A stretch of 64,000 bases of DNA from an uncultured Elusimicrobia bacterium. Its GTDB lineage: Bacteria; Elusimicrobiota; Elusimicrobia; Elusimicrobiales; UBA9959. This document shows positions 1 to 8,733 of this stretch, piece by piece. A model generated the notes under the pieces. The model was not told the origin of the DNA and did no database searches. It was given only the letters and a program-made list of their open reading frames with translations. Every line of letters begins with the position of its first letter. Positions within the stretch are counted from its first letter, which is position 1. The stretch lies in the NCBI GenBank assembly GCA_903917735.1, contig CAIXBR010000093.1, forward strand, positions 936 to 64,935, written 5' to 3'. Made by a program: the position numbers and the translations under genes.

Positions 1-1860
1 CAGTGTTTCGGTTCCGGAGGCGAGCGCCACTGCGGTTTTACCTTCTTTCTCAAGGCGCTGCAGTTCCGTCTCTACAGACGGTGAGCAAGCGGCTATCTCT
101 TCCAGCAGGCGGTGATTACCTATGTAAAACAAGCGTCCGTCTACCACGGCACGCGCACCCCGGCCTGGCAGTGACTCAAAGTTTTCCACAGGGGGCAATA
201 CCCGGAGAGAGGCCCCGTCCGGGTTTTGCCATGCGAAAACTATGGCAGCCGCTATGGGATGTTCGGAATGAGCGTCCACAGCGGCGGCCAGCCGGAGAAC
301 CTCATCCGCCGTCCGCCCTGCCAGGGGCACTAAATCGGTTACCACCGGTTTGCCGTGTGTAAGCGTACCAGTCTTATCGAATGCCACAGCCTTGATCAAA
401 CGCCCGTTCTCCAGATGCAGACCGCCCTTTACCAATATCCCTTCCCTGGCCGCAGCGGCCAGCCCGCTCACTACCGTGACCGGAGTGGAAATTACCAATG
501 CGCATGGGCAGGAGATCACCAGCATAACCAGCGCCTTGTAGAACCAAGGTTCGAACGGGGCTCCGAAAAACAACGGCGGGACGGCGGCCGTTAAAGCCGC
601 CAGAACCACCACAGCGGGCGTATAGTAAGCCGCGAATCCGTCGATAAAACGCTGCGTCGGGGCGCGCTGCCCCTGCGCCTCCTGCACCGACTTCACTATC
701 CTTGCAAGCGTAGTGTTTCCCTTATTGGCCGTAACGCGGAATTCCAGCATGCCGCGCTCATTGACGGTACCGGCGAAGACCGTATCACCGGCGGATTTAA
801 GCGCCGGCACGCTTTCCCCGGTAATAGGAGCCTGGTCAACGGAGCTTGAACCTGCGGTCACTATTCCATCGAGTGGGATGCGTTCGCCGGGTTTCACACG
901 GACGGTCTGCCCCAGCCCTACGGCCTCCGCAGCCGTCTCGCTCCATTCGCCGCTTTCCAAACGCACGACAGCGGTTTCGGGCGTCATGGCCATAAGCCCG
1001 TGTATAGCGTTCCTGGCGTGGTCCATGGAAAGGGTTTCTATCATTTCAGCCAACGCGAATAAAAAAACCACCATTGCGGCTTCAGGCCACTCTCCTATAG
1101 AAACTGCCCCGATAACAGCCAGGCTCATCAGGAAGTTGATGTTGAGCGTGAAGGTCTTGAGGGCCAACCACCCCTTGCGCAGCGTTCCGTGCCCCCCGGC
1201 GGCTATTGAAACCAGCGCCAAGGCCATCACGGCCTTGGAAGTTTCCTGGGAGCCGGTCCATACAACGATTTCCGCAACCAAGGCGGTGGCGCCTGACAAC
1301 GCCAATAGTGCCTTGGCCCTGCTAGAAATTGTGGGCGCTATGACTTCGCCTCTGGATAGTTTTTCCTCGGGCTCCGCTTTAGCATTCATTCCCACTTCGC
1401 TTAGGGCAGCAAGAATATGGCCATTGTCTGTCAAGTCGTGGTCTACCGTAAGTCGTCGGCCTATCAGGTCGAATGAAAGCTCACAAACACCCGCCATATT
1501 CCCGAGGCGCTTGCGTATAAGTTGCTCCTCTGCTTGGCAGTCCATATCGTCAATTATAAAAACAGAACGTTTGCCTCCCTTCCCGCCACTTTCCCGGGCA
1601 GGAGACCTCTGTGCCGCAGGCGCACAGGAATTACAGCAGGAGCATGGCTTCGTAGCCTCATCAAGGACTTCCATGCCTATCTCGCGCAGGGCGGCCAGGA
1701 TCGGCCCGTCGTCTGGGAGGGAATGGCTGACCGTAAGTTGCCGGCCTATGAGGTCAACTAAAAGCTCATCAACTCCAGGCAAAAGTCTAAGACGCTTGCG
1801 TATAAGGGCCTCTTCGGCCTGGCAGTCCATGTTATTAATGCGAAATACAGATTGATTCAT
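1..1860 (-). CDS. cadA: Heavy-metal (Cd/Zn/Pb) translocating P1B-type ATPase, 3' end outside the window
   Basis: Not in the ORF track; translated by hand from ATG at 1860: MNQSVFRINNMDCQAEE..., two HMA-like domains, TGES actuator motif, SCPCAL transmembrane motif, DKTGT phosphorylation motif, SEHP; frame stays open to the edge. Confidence 0.93.
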   Translation of the reverse strand, partial: MNQSVFRINNMDCQAEEALIRKRLRLLPGVDELLVDLIGRQLTVSHSLPDDGPILAALREIGMEVLDEATKPCSCCNSCAPAAQRSPARESGGKGGKRSVFIIDDMDCQAEEQLIRKRLGNMAGVCELSFDLIGRRLTVDHDLTDNGHILAALSEVGMNAKAEPEEKLSRGEVIAPTISSRAKALLALSGATALVAEIVVWTGSQETSKAVMALALVSIAAGGHGTLRKGWLALKTFTLNINFLMSLAVIGAVSIGEWPEAAMVVFLFALAEMIETLSMDHARNAIHGLMAMTPETAVVRLESGEWSETAAEAVGLGQTVRVKPGERIPLDGIVTAGSSSVDQAPITGESVPALKSAGDTVFAGTVNERGMLEFRVTANKGNTTLARIVKSVQEAQGQRAPTQRFIDGFAAYYTPAVVVLAALTAAVPPLFFGAPFEPWFYKALVMLVISCPCALVISTPVTVVSGLAAAAREGILVKGGLHLENGRLIKAVAFDKTGTLTHGKPVVTDLVPLAGRTADEVLRLAAAVDAHSEHPIAAAIVFAWQNPDGASLRVLPPVENFESLPGRGARAVVDGRLFYIGNHRLLEEIAACSPSVETELQRLEKEGKTAVALASGTETL

Positions 1861-1880
1861 AGTAGTCAGCCTTGGTTGCG

Positions 1881-2249
1881 TTACGAATGGAGGGAATGCT
1901 CTATAACATCGTCTATAAGATTTACTACATGACTGTCGTTAAGAGAATAAAACACCATGCGGCCTTCATTCCGGTATTTAACCAGCCTGAGATTGCGTAA
2001 AACTCTTAATTGATGGGAAACGGCTGAAAGGCTCATTCCAAGTACCTGGGAAATATCACACACACACAGTTCGCTTTCCCGGAGACTTAAAATAATTTTC
2101 ATCCTAGTGGCGTCGGAAAGGGCCTGGAAGATGGCGGCGATGGCGTTCACTTTCTCCACAGTGTGAATGCGTTTCTTAATCTTGCTTACCTTAGCCGCGT
2201 TGAAACATACGACCTGGCAGACTGTTTTTGGATCTTTTTTAGAGGGCAT
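1881..2249 (-). CDS. cadC: ArsR/SmtB family metal-responsive repressor (CadC/ZiaR-like)
   Basis: FQALSDATRMKI, ELCVCDI, SAVSHQLRVLR helix-turn-helix, N-terminal CxxxC, C-terminal DSH...EH; directly upstream of the ATPase. Confidence 0.88.
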   Translation of the reverse strand: MPSKKDPKTVCQVVCFNAAKVSKIKKRIHTVEKVNAIAAIFQALSDATRMKIILSLRESELCVCDISQVLGMSLSAVSHQLRVLRNLRLVKYRNEGRMVFYSLNDSHVVNLIDDVIEHSLHS

Positions 2250-2260
2250 GTAAAACTCCC

Positions 2261-2284
2261 ATAGTTGAACGGTTGTTCAACTAT
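2261..2284. promoter_or_regulatory. ArsR/SmtB operator inverted repeat
   Basis: ATAGTTGAAC-ggtt-GTTCAACTAT, with the TGAAC..GTTCA core, lying between the -10 box and the cadC start. Confidence 0.85.
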
Positions 2285-2313
2285 AGTATACATCACCCGA
2301 ATGGTCGGGTCAA
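2285..2313 (-). promoter_or_regulatory. sigma70 promoter of cadC-cadA
   Basis: Minus strand TTGACC-N17-TATACT immediately upstream of the operator. Confidence 0.75.
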
Positions 2314-2548
2314 GATAAATTGAAGATTGAATTTAGAATCCCTTTGACCTTTAAACCAACCGGATTCTAACTTCCAAGGGTTTAACAGGCTTGGAACACT
2401 GCGGAGAGGAACTTTTCGCCCTCATAACCGGATATCCGGTAGAGGTCCAGGACTAGCTCAAAGGCAGGGATAAATAGAGTCCATCCCTTTGAGTTAACGG
2501 AATTTAACAAGCGGCAGCCTCACGTAACGCCCCGCGAACAAAGAACGG

Positions 2549-2917
2549 CTAGGGCAGCGGGCAGTAGCGCTTCACCAGGCTTACCAGCTCCTCAAGATCG
2601 AACGGCTTGTGAAGGAAAGCGTCCGCGCCGCTCTCGTCCACTTTTTCAGTGAGCCCTTCGGACACCGAGGAAATAAGGATCACGGGGATGTGCTTCAGCT
2701 TCTCGTCCTGTTTCACCTCCCGGGCAACCTCGTCGCCGTTCATGAACGGCAGGTAGATATCCAGGATCAGCAGGTCAGGAACAAGCTGCCGCGCCAGGGC
2801 CAGGGCGTCCCTGCCGTTCTTGGCGTCTGACACCTCGTAGCCTCTTTTTTCCAACCCGCGCGAGACCATCAGCAGCAGGTCCGCCTCGTCGTCAACTACT
2901 AATATTTTTTTCGCCAT
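2549..2917 (-). CDS. Single-domain response regulator (receiver)
   Basis: ILVVDDE, LLILDIYLP, FLHKPF; GGAGG RBS favours the ATG at 2917. Confidence 0.9.
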   Translation of the reverse strand: MAKKILVVDDEADLLLMVSRGLEKRGYEVSDAKNGRDALALARQLVPDLLILDIYLPFMNGDEVAREVKQDEKLKHIPVILISSVSEGLTEKVDESGADAFLHKPFDLEELVSLVKRYCPLP

Positions 2918-2919
2918 AA

Positions 2920-5900
2920 TCAACCTCCTGCCTGCGCCGCGGGCAGCGTAAAATGGAAGACGGATCCCTTGCCCAGCTCGGACTCAGCCCAGATCTTGCC
3001 GTTGTGGGCCAGGACTATATCCTTGGAGATCGCCAGCCCCAGGCCGGTCCCCCCTTTTTTTCGGCCTCTGCCGCTGTCGAGCTGCTCGAAGGCCTGGAAG
3101 AGCTTGGGCAGGTCTTCGGGCCTGATGCCGAGGCCGGTGTCGAGGACCGTAACATGGAGCATGCCGCCCTCATGCGCGGCCCGGACGGTGATGGTCCCCT
3201 TTTCCGTATGACCGATAGCGTTGCTGATCAGGTTGGTCAGGACCTGCGTTATCTTATCCCGGTCGAACATCGCTTTGGGGAGGCCTTCGGGCAGGTCCAC
3301 CGCAAGGTTAAGCTCTTTATTATCGGCCAGGAGGCTCATTGACCTGGCCGTTGTACGGACCAGCTCGGAGAGATCGTTCTCCTGCGTGTCGTAACTCATC
3401 CTGCCGGCCGCCAGTTTCTGGAAGTCCAGCACGTCATTTATCAGGCGCCCCAGCCGGGCTATATTGCTGTGCACCAGCTCCAGCAGGGTCTTGTGCTCGG
3501 GGGTAAGGCAGGCGGATTCCCCAAGGATAAGGCTTACCGCCAGTGTAATAGTGGTAAGGGGGCTCCTCAACTCATGGGAAACCATGGAGGCGAATTTGGA
3601 TTTTATCTCGGCGCTTTCCCTTACGGCCTGCTCGGCGCGCTTCAATTTCGTAACGTCCACCATCACCGTCAGCAGGCAGAGGTCTCTCCCTATATAAATG
3701 GCCTCGGCAGAGAACAGGCCGGCCTTAAGCGAGCCGTCCTTCGCGCGCGTAGTCATTTCGACTTCCCTGACGGACCCGCCCTGTTTTATCTGCTCAAGCA
3801 TATCCGCGCGCTTATCCTCTGCGGAAAAGAGCTGCAACTCAGCGGAGGTTTTGCCGATCACCTCGGAGCGGATGAACCCCAGAGTCTTAAGGAACGCCTG
3901 GTTTACGTCGATAAAGCGGCCGTCCTCAGCGCCGCTTATGGCCATAAGCGCGGAATTGGAATGGAACGCCTTGGAAAATTTTTCCTCGGACAACTTGACC
4001 TGGGAGATATCCTTGGTGACGCCGAAGATAGCCGGCTTGCCGTCCCAGAAGCCCCTGGTCACCCTGGTTTCTACCGGGATCCTCTCGCCGGATTTAGCAA
4101 GGAGCGGCACCGGGCAGGCCTCGGCGGAGCCCGCCAGCATTTCGCCCACTATGCGGCCGGCCTCGTCTCTGCGCTCCGGCGGGTGGACCATAAGGACGGA
4201 GAGCCCCTCAAGCTCTTCCCTCGAATAGCCCAGCCGGTTGGTAACCGTATCGTTGATGTGGATGATATTTCCCGCTTCGTCGAGGACAAAAAGGAAATCG
4301 TTTATGCTGTTGAAGAAAGTCTGGTAGTTCTTGCGGACGCTCTCCAGCAGGTGCTCTGAGTGTTTGCGCTCCGTGATATCCGTGAAGGTCACCACGGCCC
4401 CCGTGACCTTGCCGTCCCTGCGCTGGGGGTAGGACCAGTACTCGGCCGGGAATGAAGTGCCGTCGGCGCGCCAGAGCACCTCGTCGTCCACGTTCGTACC
4501 CTTGCCTTCTTTGAACGCCCGGAAGATCCTGCAGTCCTCAGCGGGGAAAGGCGCGCCGTTGGCGTATTTACCGTGGATCTGCAAGTGCATGTTCTTTCCC
4601 AGCAGGTCTTCGGGGGTCTTATAGCCGAGCATCTGCAGGCAGGCGCTGTTGCAGAAGGTGCAGCCGCCGTTCATGTCTATGCCGTAGATTGCCTCGGCCG
4701 TGGAGTCCAGCAGGAGGGTGATCCTTTCTTTGCTTTCTAAAAGCGCTTCCTCCGCCCGCCTGCGCGCGGTTATGTCGCGGCTCAGCCCCAATATGCCCAC
4801 CAACTCGCCGTCCGGGCCCCAGTACAGCGTCTTAAGCGTTTCCAAAAGCATTTTCTCTCCGCCGGGAGAGGCGAGGCAGACTTCATTGTGGAGCGGCTGA
4901 CGGTCCTTCAGCAGCTGATTATCCTGCTCCCTGAAGATCAGGGCCTGCTTTTCATCGAACAGGTCAAAGTCCGTTTTCCCTATGATCTCTTCCCTTGGGC
5001 GGCCGACCACCTTCGCGAAGGTGGGGTTGCAGCCGAGAAAGATGCCGTTAACGTCTTTGTAAAAGACCACATCGGTAAGAGAATCGAGCAGGGATTTTAT
5101 CAGGGCGGCCTGGTGCCTTATTTCGGCCTCGGCCTGTTTGCGGCGGGTGATCTCGCTGTGGGTGCCGCTCATCCGGACCGGAGCCCCGGCGGCATCCCGC
5201 TCCACCACCTGCCCGCGGTCATGAACCCAGACCCAGGAGCCGTTCTTATGGCGCAGGCGGCACTCAAAATCGTAGGCGGGCAGTTCGCCCGAAAAATGCT
5301 TCTGCAGCAGGTGGTTCGACTCCTGCAGGTCATGCGGGTGGACGAGTTTCTGCCAGGTTTGAATGCTGACCGGGGCGAGTTCCGCCAGCGTGTAGCCGGT
5401 GATCTCGGCCCAGCGTTCATTAAAGTCGGCCTCCCCGGTCTTCACGTTCCATTCCCAGGTCCCTACCCGGGTGCCGGCGATGATGCGGCGGAGCCGTTCC
5501 TCGCTGGTCTGCAGGTCCAGGGTACGGAGCCTGACCAGAACCTCGGCGTATTCGGCGCGGCGGAAGATTATCCAGAACAGGGCGGAGAACAATCCGGAGA
5601 TCAGAAGGCACGCTGCGAAGACGCTAAGGAGGTAGCCGGTGCGGCGTTGGGCCAGGAATGAAGGAGAAGGATAGCAGGTTATGCGCCAGGTACGCCCCTG
5701 CATATTGAAAGCCTCGCTGTAGGAGAAGGGCTTATCGGCTGTTTCATCGGCCCCGACGCTGTTTTTTCCCTGCGCGGGCCGGGCGCGGGAACTATGAGAG
5801 TAGAGCGAGCGGTCCTTTACGTCCCCGGACTCGTCGGAGATGCGGAGGTAGATATCGGGTAGTTTAAGGTTTTTGAACGCCGCTTCTACCAGATCGGGGA

Positions 5901-6636
5901 GCCGGAAGACGCCCAGGGCGAACCCAAGGGCGCACTTGCTGCGCTCGGCCGGGGCTGAGGGAACCGCTTTGCCGCTGTAGACCGGGGTGAAGATCAGAAA
6001 GCCGGCGGCCGTGCCCTTCTCCTGTACAAGAGTTATCTTGCCGGTAGCCGTCTGCCTTTCCCCTGACAGAGAGGCCTGCAGGGCCTGGTGGCGGACCGGG
6101 TCGGAGTTGAGGTCGTAGCCCGCCGCGGCCTGGTTGCCCGCCAGAGGTTCCACGTAGTAGACAGGATAGTACTCCGCGCGCCCGGCTGCGGGGACTAGCA
6201 CGCCTTTGGCCGTTCTTTCCTTGATGGCATACCCGTCGAGCCCGTCCTGGCGGGCGCGCATTTCGTAGCCGGCGCGCTGGCCGCGGTCTACGCGGGGGAT
6301 CCACTCCAGTGCCTGAATGTCGTTATGGGACTTTAATATCCGCGAGGTGAAGGTCCGGAACTCACCGCGCGAGACGAACTGCGAAGACTCGAAGAAGGCG
6401 CGCAGAGCATCCAGCGCCTGGGAATCAATATCCAGCTCTTTTTTAATGGCCGAGATATGCTGCTTGGACTGTTCGGAAAAGAGGGAGGAAAGGCGTTCCT
6501 GCTCCGATTGGCTGACCTGCCAGGTTATCAGCGAAGTTGTTGCCAGGCCGGCGAACGCAATCAAAGCCGCCAGCGGATAAAGCCGCCACCGCGTTGCCTC
6601 CTGTTTATCCGCTGAGTTCAGGTCGTTGGTCTTCAT
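2920..6636 (-). CDS. CHASE, multi-PAS sensor histidine kinase
   Basis: TM-CHASE-TM, several PAS/PAC repeats, SHELRSPL H-box, NLISNA N-box, DTGLG and GGTGLGL G-boxes. Confidence 0.92.
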   Translation of the reverse strand: MKTNDLNSADKQEATRWRLYPLAALIAFAGLATTSLITWQVSQSEQERLSSLFSEQSKQHISAIKKELDIDSQALDALRAFFESSQFVSRGEFRTFTSRILKSHNDIQALEWIPRVDRGQRAGYEMRARQDGLDGYAIKERTAKGVLVPAAGRAEYYPVYYVEPLAGNQAAAGYDLNSDPVRHQALQASLSGERQTATGKITLVQEKGTAAGFLIFTPVYSGKAVPSAPAERSKCALGFALGVFRLPDLVEAAFKNLKLPDIYLRISDESGDVKDRSLYSHSSRARPAQGKNSVGADETADKPFSYSEAFNMQGRTWRITCYPSPSFLAQRRTGYLLSVFAACLLISGLFSALFWIIFRRAEYAEVLVRLRTLDLQTSEERLRRIIAGTRVGTWEWNVKTGEADFNERWAEITGYTLAELAPVSIQTWQKLVHPHDLQESNHLLQKHFSGELPAYDFECRLRHKNGSWVWVHDRGQVVERDAAGAPVRMSGTHSEITRRKQAEAEIRHQAALIKSLLDSLTDVVFYKDVNGIFLGCNPTFAKVVGRPREEIIGKTDFDLFDEKQALIFREQDNQLLKDRQPLHNEVCLASPGGEKMLLETLKTLYWGPDGELVGILGLSRDITARRRAEEALLESKERITLLLDSTAEAIYGIDMNGGCTFCNSACLQMLGYKTPEDLLGKNMHLQIHGKYANGAPFPAEDCRIFRAFKEGKGTNVDDEVLWRADGTSFPAEYWSYPQRRDGKVTGAVVTFTDITERKHSEHLLESVRKNYQTFFNSINDFLFVLDEAGNIIHINDTVTNRLGYSREELEGLSVLMVHPPERRDEAGRIVGEMLAGSAEACPVPLLAKSGERIPVETRVTRGFWDGKPAIFGVTKDISQVKLSEEKFSKAFHSNSALMAISGAEDGRFIDVNQAFLKTLGFIRSEVIGKTSAELQLFSAEDKRADMLEQIKQGGSVREVEMTTRAKDGSLKAGLFSAEAIYIGRDLCLLTVMVDVTKLKRAEQAVRESAEIKSKFASMVSHELRSPLTTITLAVSLILGESACLTPEHKTLLELVHSNIARLGRLINDVLDFQKLAAGRMSYDTQENDLSELVRTTARSMSLLADNKELNLAVDLPEGLPKAMFDRDKITQVLTNLISNAIGHTEKGTITVRAAHEGGMLHVTVLDTGLGIRPEDLPKLFQAFEQLDSGRGRKKGGTGLGLAISKDIVLAHNGKIWAESELGKGSVFHFTLPAAQAGG

Positions 6637-7202
6637 ATCTGAATGGCGTTATAGACGGCCGCCGTCAAAAAGTCCACCGACTATTCCGCGCACGCGTGCG
6701 CACGCGTGGAACTGCCAACCGACCGTCCCCATATAATACAATAAGTTGCCGCCCGCGACAATTTCCCGAAGCGGCATCACAGCTATCTGTTAAGCTTGAC
6801 CGGAACTTTTCCCGCCTTCAGGTTTTATGTGTTAAAATTCAGCCGCGAATATCTATACAAAGACAGGTGTGACCGAATAATGGGTTTTTTAAAATGAATG
6901 GCTTATGCGGGCCCTGGCAGGTGTAAAAGGGCCGATGTGGCTTTATTGCACGGATGCGGGTGGAAAAGAAATCCTACCTCTCCCACACCATGCTGGACGC
7001 CGGCCTTCTCAAAGACGATCTTTAGGCGGCCGGCGCGCTCAGGCCCGCTTTGTCATCCCCGAAGAGATGTGAGAGCAGCACCCCGAATTCTTTTGAGTTC
7101 GTATTCAGCATACCGCGCCTCCCACCGGAAACCAGGACGACCGCCAGCATTTCCAGCCCCCGCCCCTGCCCCCCGGCCCGCGGGGGCGGAAAATGACTTT
7201 TG

Positions 7203-7505
7203 CTAAATATTTACGCTCAGCTCTTCTAAGGCGTCCTCCCGGCCATGGTATTTAAACCTGGTGCGGCCCTTCTCTACTGACGCCGCTTTCAGTTTGGCCC
7301 ATTCCTGCTCGAGTACCATGTAGAACTTGCGGCAGTGGTGCATGCCGCCGAAGGCGCGGTTGCCGTACCTGAACTCATGGTCCCTGCCGTCGGCGGAAAG
7401 AGTGACCAGCAGCGACAGATGCTCGTCCACTACGGAACACTCTACGCCCTTCTCGGTATAAAAATCGATTATCTTCTGTGCGAACACCGTGTTTTCACGC
7501 AACAT
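7203..7505 (-). CDS. Hypothetical protein
   Basis: 100-aa ORF with a strong AGGAGG RBS, co-oriented after the DUF4912 gene. Confidence 0.6.
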   Translation of the reverse strand: MLRENTVFAQKIIDFYTEKGVECSVVDEHLSLLVTLSADGRDHEFRYGNRAFGGMHHCRKFYMVLEQEWAKLKAASVEKGRTRFKYHGREDALEELSVNI

Positions 7506-7521
7506 ATTAAGTCCCCTCCTT

Positions 7522-8424
7522 TTATCTGCGGCTGCCGGCGGCCGCCAGCAGGGCTTGCGCGGCGCCGGGCGCGCGAGCCTCCGTCTTCCTTGTCACACTT
7601 ATTCCTATCCGGCGGGAATCCGTTTTGTCACGGGACAGGGCACGCACCGGCAGGTCTGCGCCGCCGTCAGGCAGCGCGAAGCGCATGGAGAAAGTCCCGT
7701 CCGGGTTCAGGTTGACCTTGCGGCCGGCCACTGTCACGAAGGCATCCGGCTCCGTGGCCCCGTACAGGATCAGTTCACAGTCCGCCGCCAGCCGGAATTT
7801 ACTTTCGGGCCGGCGCTGCAGGGCCATGGAGGAGAGCGAGGATACTCCCCACGAGGAGGCCTTGGAGAAGACGTAGCGCAGCATCTCCCAGCGCTGGGCC
7901 AGGGATTTGGCGACTTCGCCGGAACCCTTGCCTATGTACTCTACTCCGGAAAGCTGCAGCAGCCTGTCGAAATCTTCGGAGACGGCCATCCATTTCCCGT
8001 CCATAACGTCAGAGACCCGGCCGGCCGGGAGGATGACCGTGTTGCTCTTTATTATCCCTATAAAGCCGCCGGCGGGGGGCACAAGGCCCATCTCGCAGCA
8101 ATAGGACCGCCCGCCGTCCTGCACATGAACGTACCAGCTGGCGGCCTCCAGCCTTACGGCGACGTCGAAATACCGCGGGTCGCCGTTTTCCGGAGCGGAC
8201 ATATCGTAAACACGCAGCACCTGGCGCGACTTCTCAAAAATATCCGGCCCGTGTTCGCGCATAATGCGGACCCTTGAATCCGGGGTTATTTCCCAGTAGA
8301 GGTACATCCAGTTCGGGTCCCTCGGCATAAGAGCGGCCATTGTCGCCCCATACCCCTGCGGAAGTGAACGCGAATCTATATCCGGAGACGTATCATTCTC
8401 AGCCAGGACGCCTGACGATGGCAT
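7522..8424 (-). CDS. DUF4912 domain protein
   Basis: LPQGYG..LMPRDPNWMYLYWE, SNTVILP, C-terminal ELILYGATEPDA..DGTFS.RF. Confidence 0.82.
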   Translation of the reverse strand: MPSSGVLAENDTSPDIDSRSLPQGYGATMAALMPRDPNWMYLYWEITPDSRVRIMREHGPDIFEKSRQVLRVYDMSAPENGDPRYFDVAVRLEAASWYVHVQDGGRSYCCEMGLVPPAGGFIGIIKSNTVILPAGRVSDVMDGKWMAVSEDFDRLLQLSGVEYIGKGSGEVAKSLAQRWEMLRYVFSKASSWGVSSLSSMALQRRPESKFRLAADCELILYGATEPDAFVTVAGRKVNLNPDGTFSMRFALPDGGADLPVRALSRDKTDSRRIGISVTRKTEARAPGAAQALLAAAGSRR

Positions 8425-8477
8425 AATTTTCTCTCCCTAATAGGCCTCGCAAAACTGGTTCGATATTTTCAAGAAAG

Positions 8478-8588
8478 TTCGGCAGCCCAGTCGGCCTTTT
8501 ACATTCAAAAGCTCCGGAAACTTACTGATGGCAGTCTCAGTAGTACGTTGCGGTTCCAGTAGTTGTACTTTGCCCCTACCCCTGGGAG
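8478..8588 (-). ncRNA. Candidate structured 5' leader resembling a cyclic-dinucleotide (GEMM-I) riboswitch variant
   Basis: Minus strand GGGGCAAA...TTCCGG...CTGGGCTGCCGAA ends; internal stems TACTGA/TCAGTA and CTTTT/AAAAG; core GACGCAAAG and GNRA loop not evident. Confidence 0.3.
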
Positions 8589-8645
8589 TTAAATATCTGA
8601 AAATACTTTATTGAATTATTTGTCGGCTGTCAATTGCTAATTATC

Positions 8646-8667
8646 AAATATGACAAAAGTCACATTA
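8646..8667. promoter_or_regulatory. CRP/FNR-family binding site
   Basis: AAATATGA-CAAAAG-TCACATT versus the CRP consensus AAATGTGA-N6-TCACATT. Confidence 0.5.
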
Positions 8668-8686
8668 ATCACAATTGCAGAAAAGC

Positions 8687-8712
8687 AAAAACCGCCGGGT
8701 GCTGCCGGCGGT
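8687..8712 (-). terminator. Rho-independent terminator of the lipoprotein operon
   Basis: Minus strand ACCGCCGG-loop-CCGGCGGT followed by T-tract. Confidence 0.7.
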
Positions 8713-8733
8713 ATGCGGAGGCAGGAGCTGGAA

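Noticed and set aside
3-1855. Plus-strand ORFs including the 380-aa ORF at 713-1855
   Set aside because: Antisense shadows of cadA on the minus strand
6686-6710. Tandem palindrome GCACGCGTGC-GCACGCGTG upstream of the CHASE kinase
   Set aside because: Short and GC-rich with no supporting context; could be chance slippage
6898-7206. 102-aa plus-strand ORF and a short MRVEKKSYLSHTMLDAGLLKDDL frame
   Set aside because: No recognisable domain or RBS; at most an unidentifiable gene remnant
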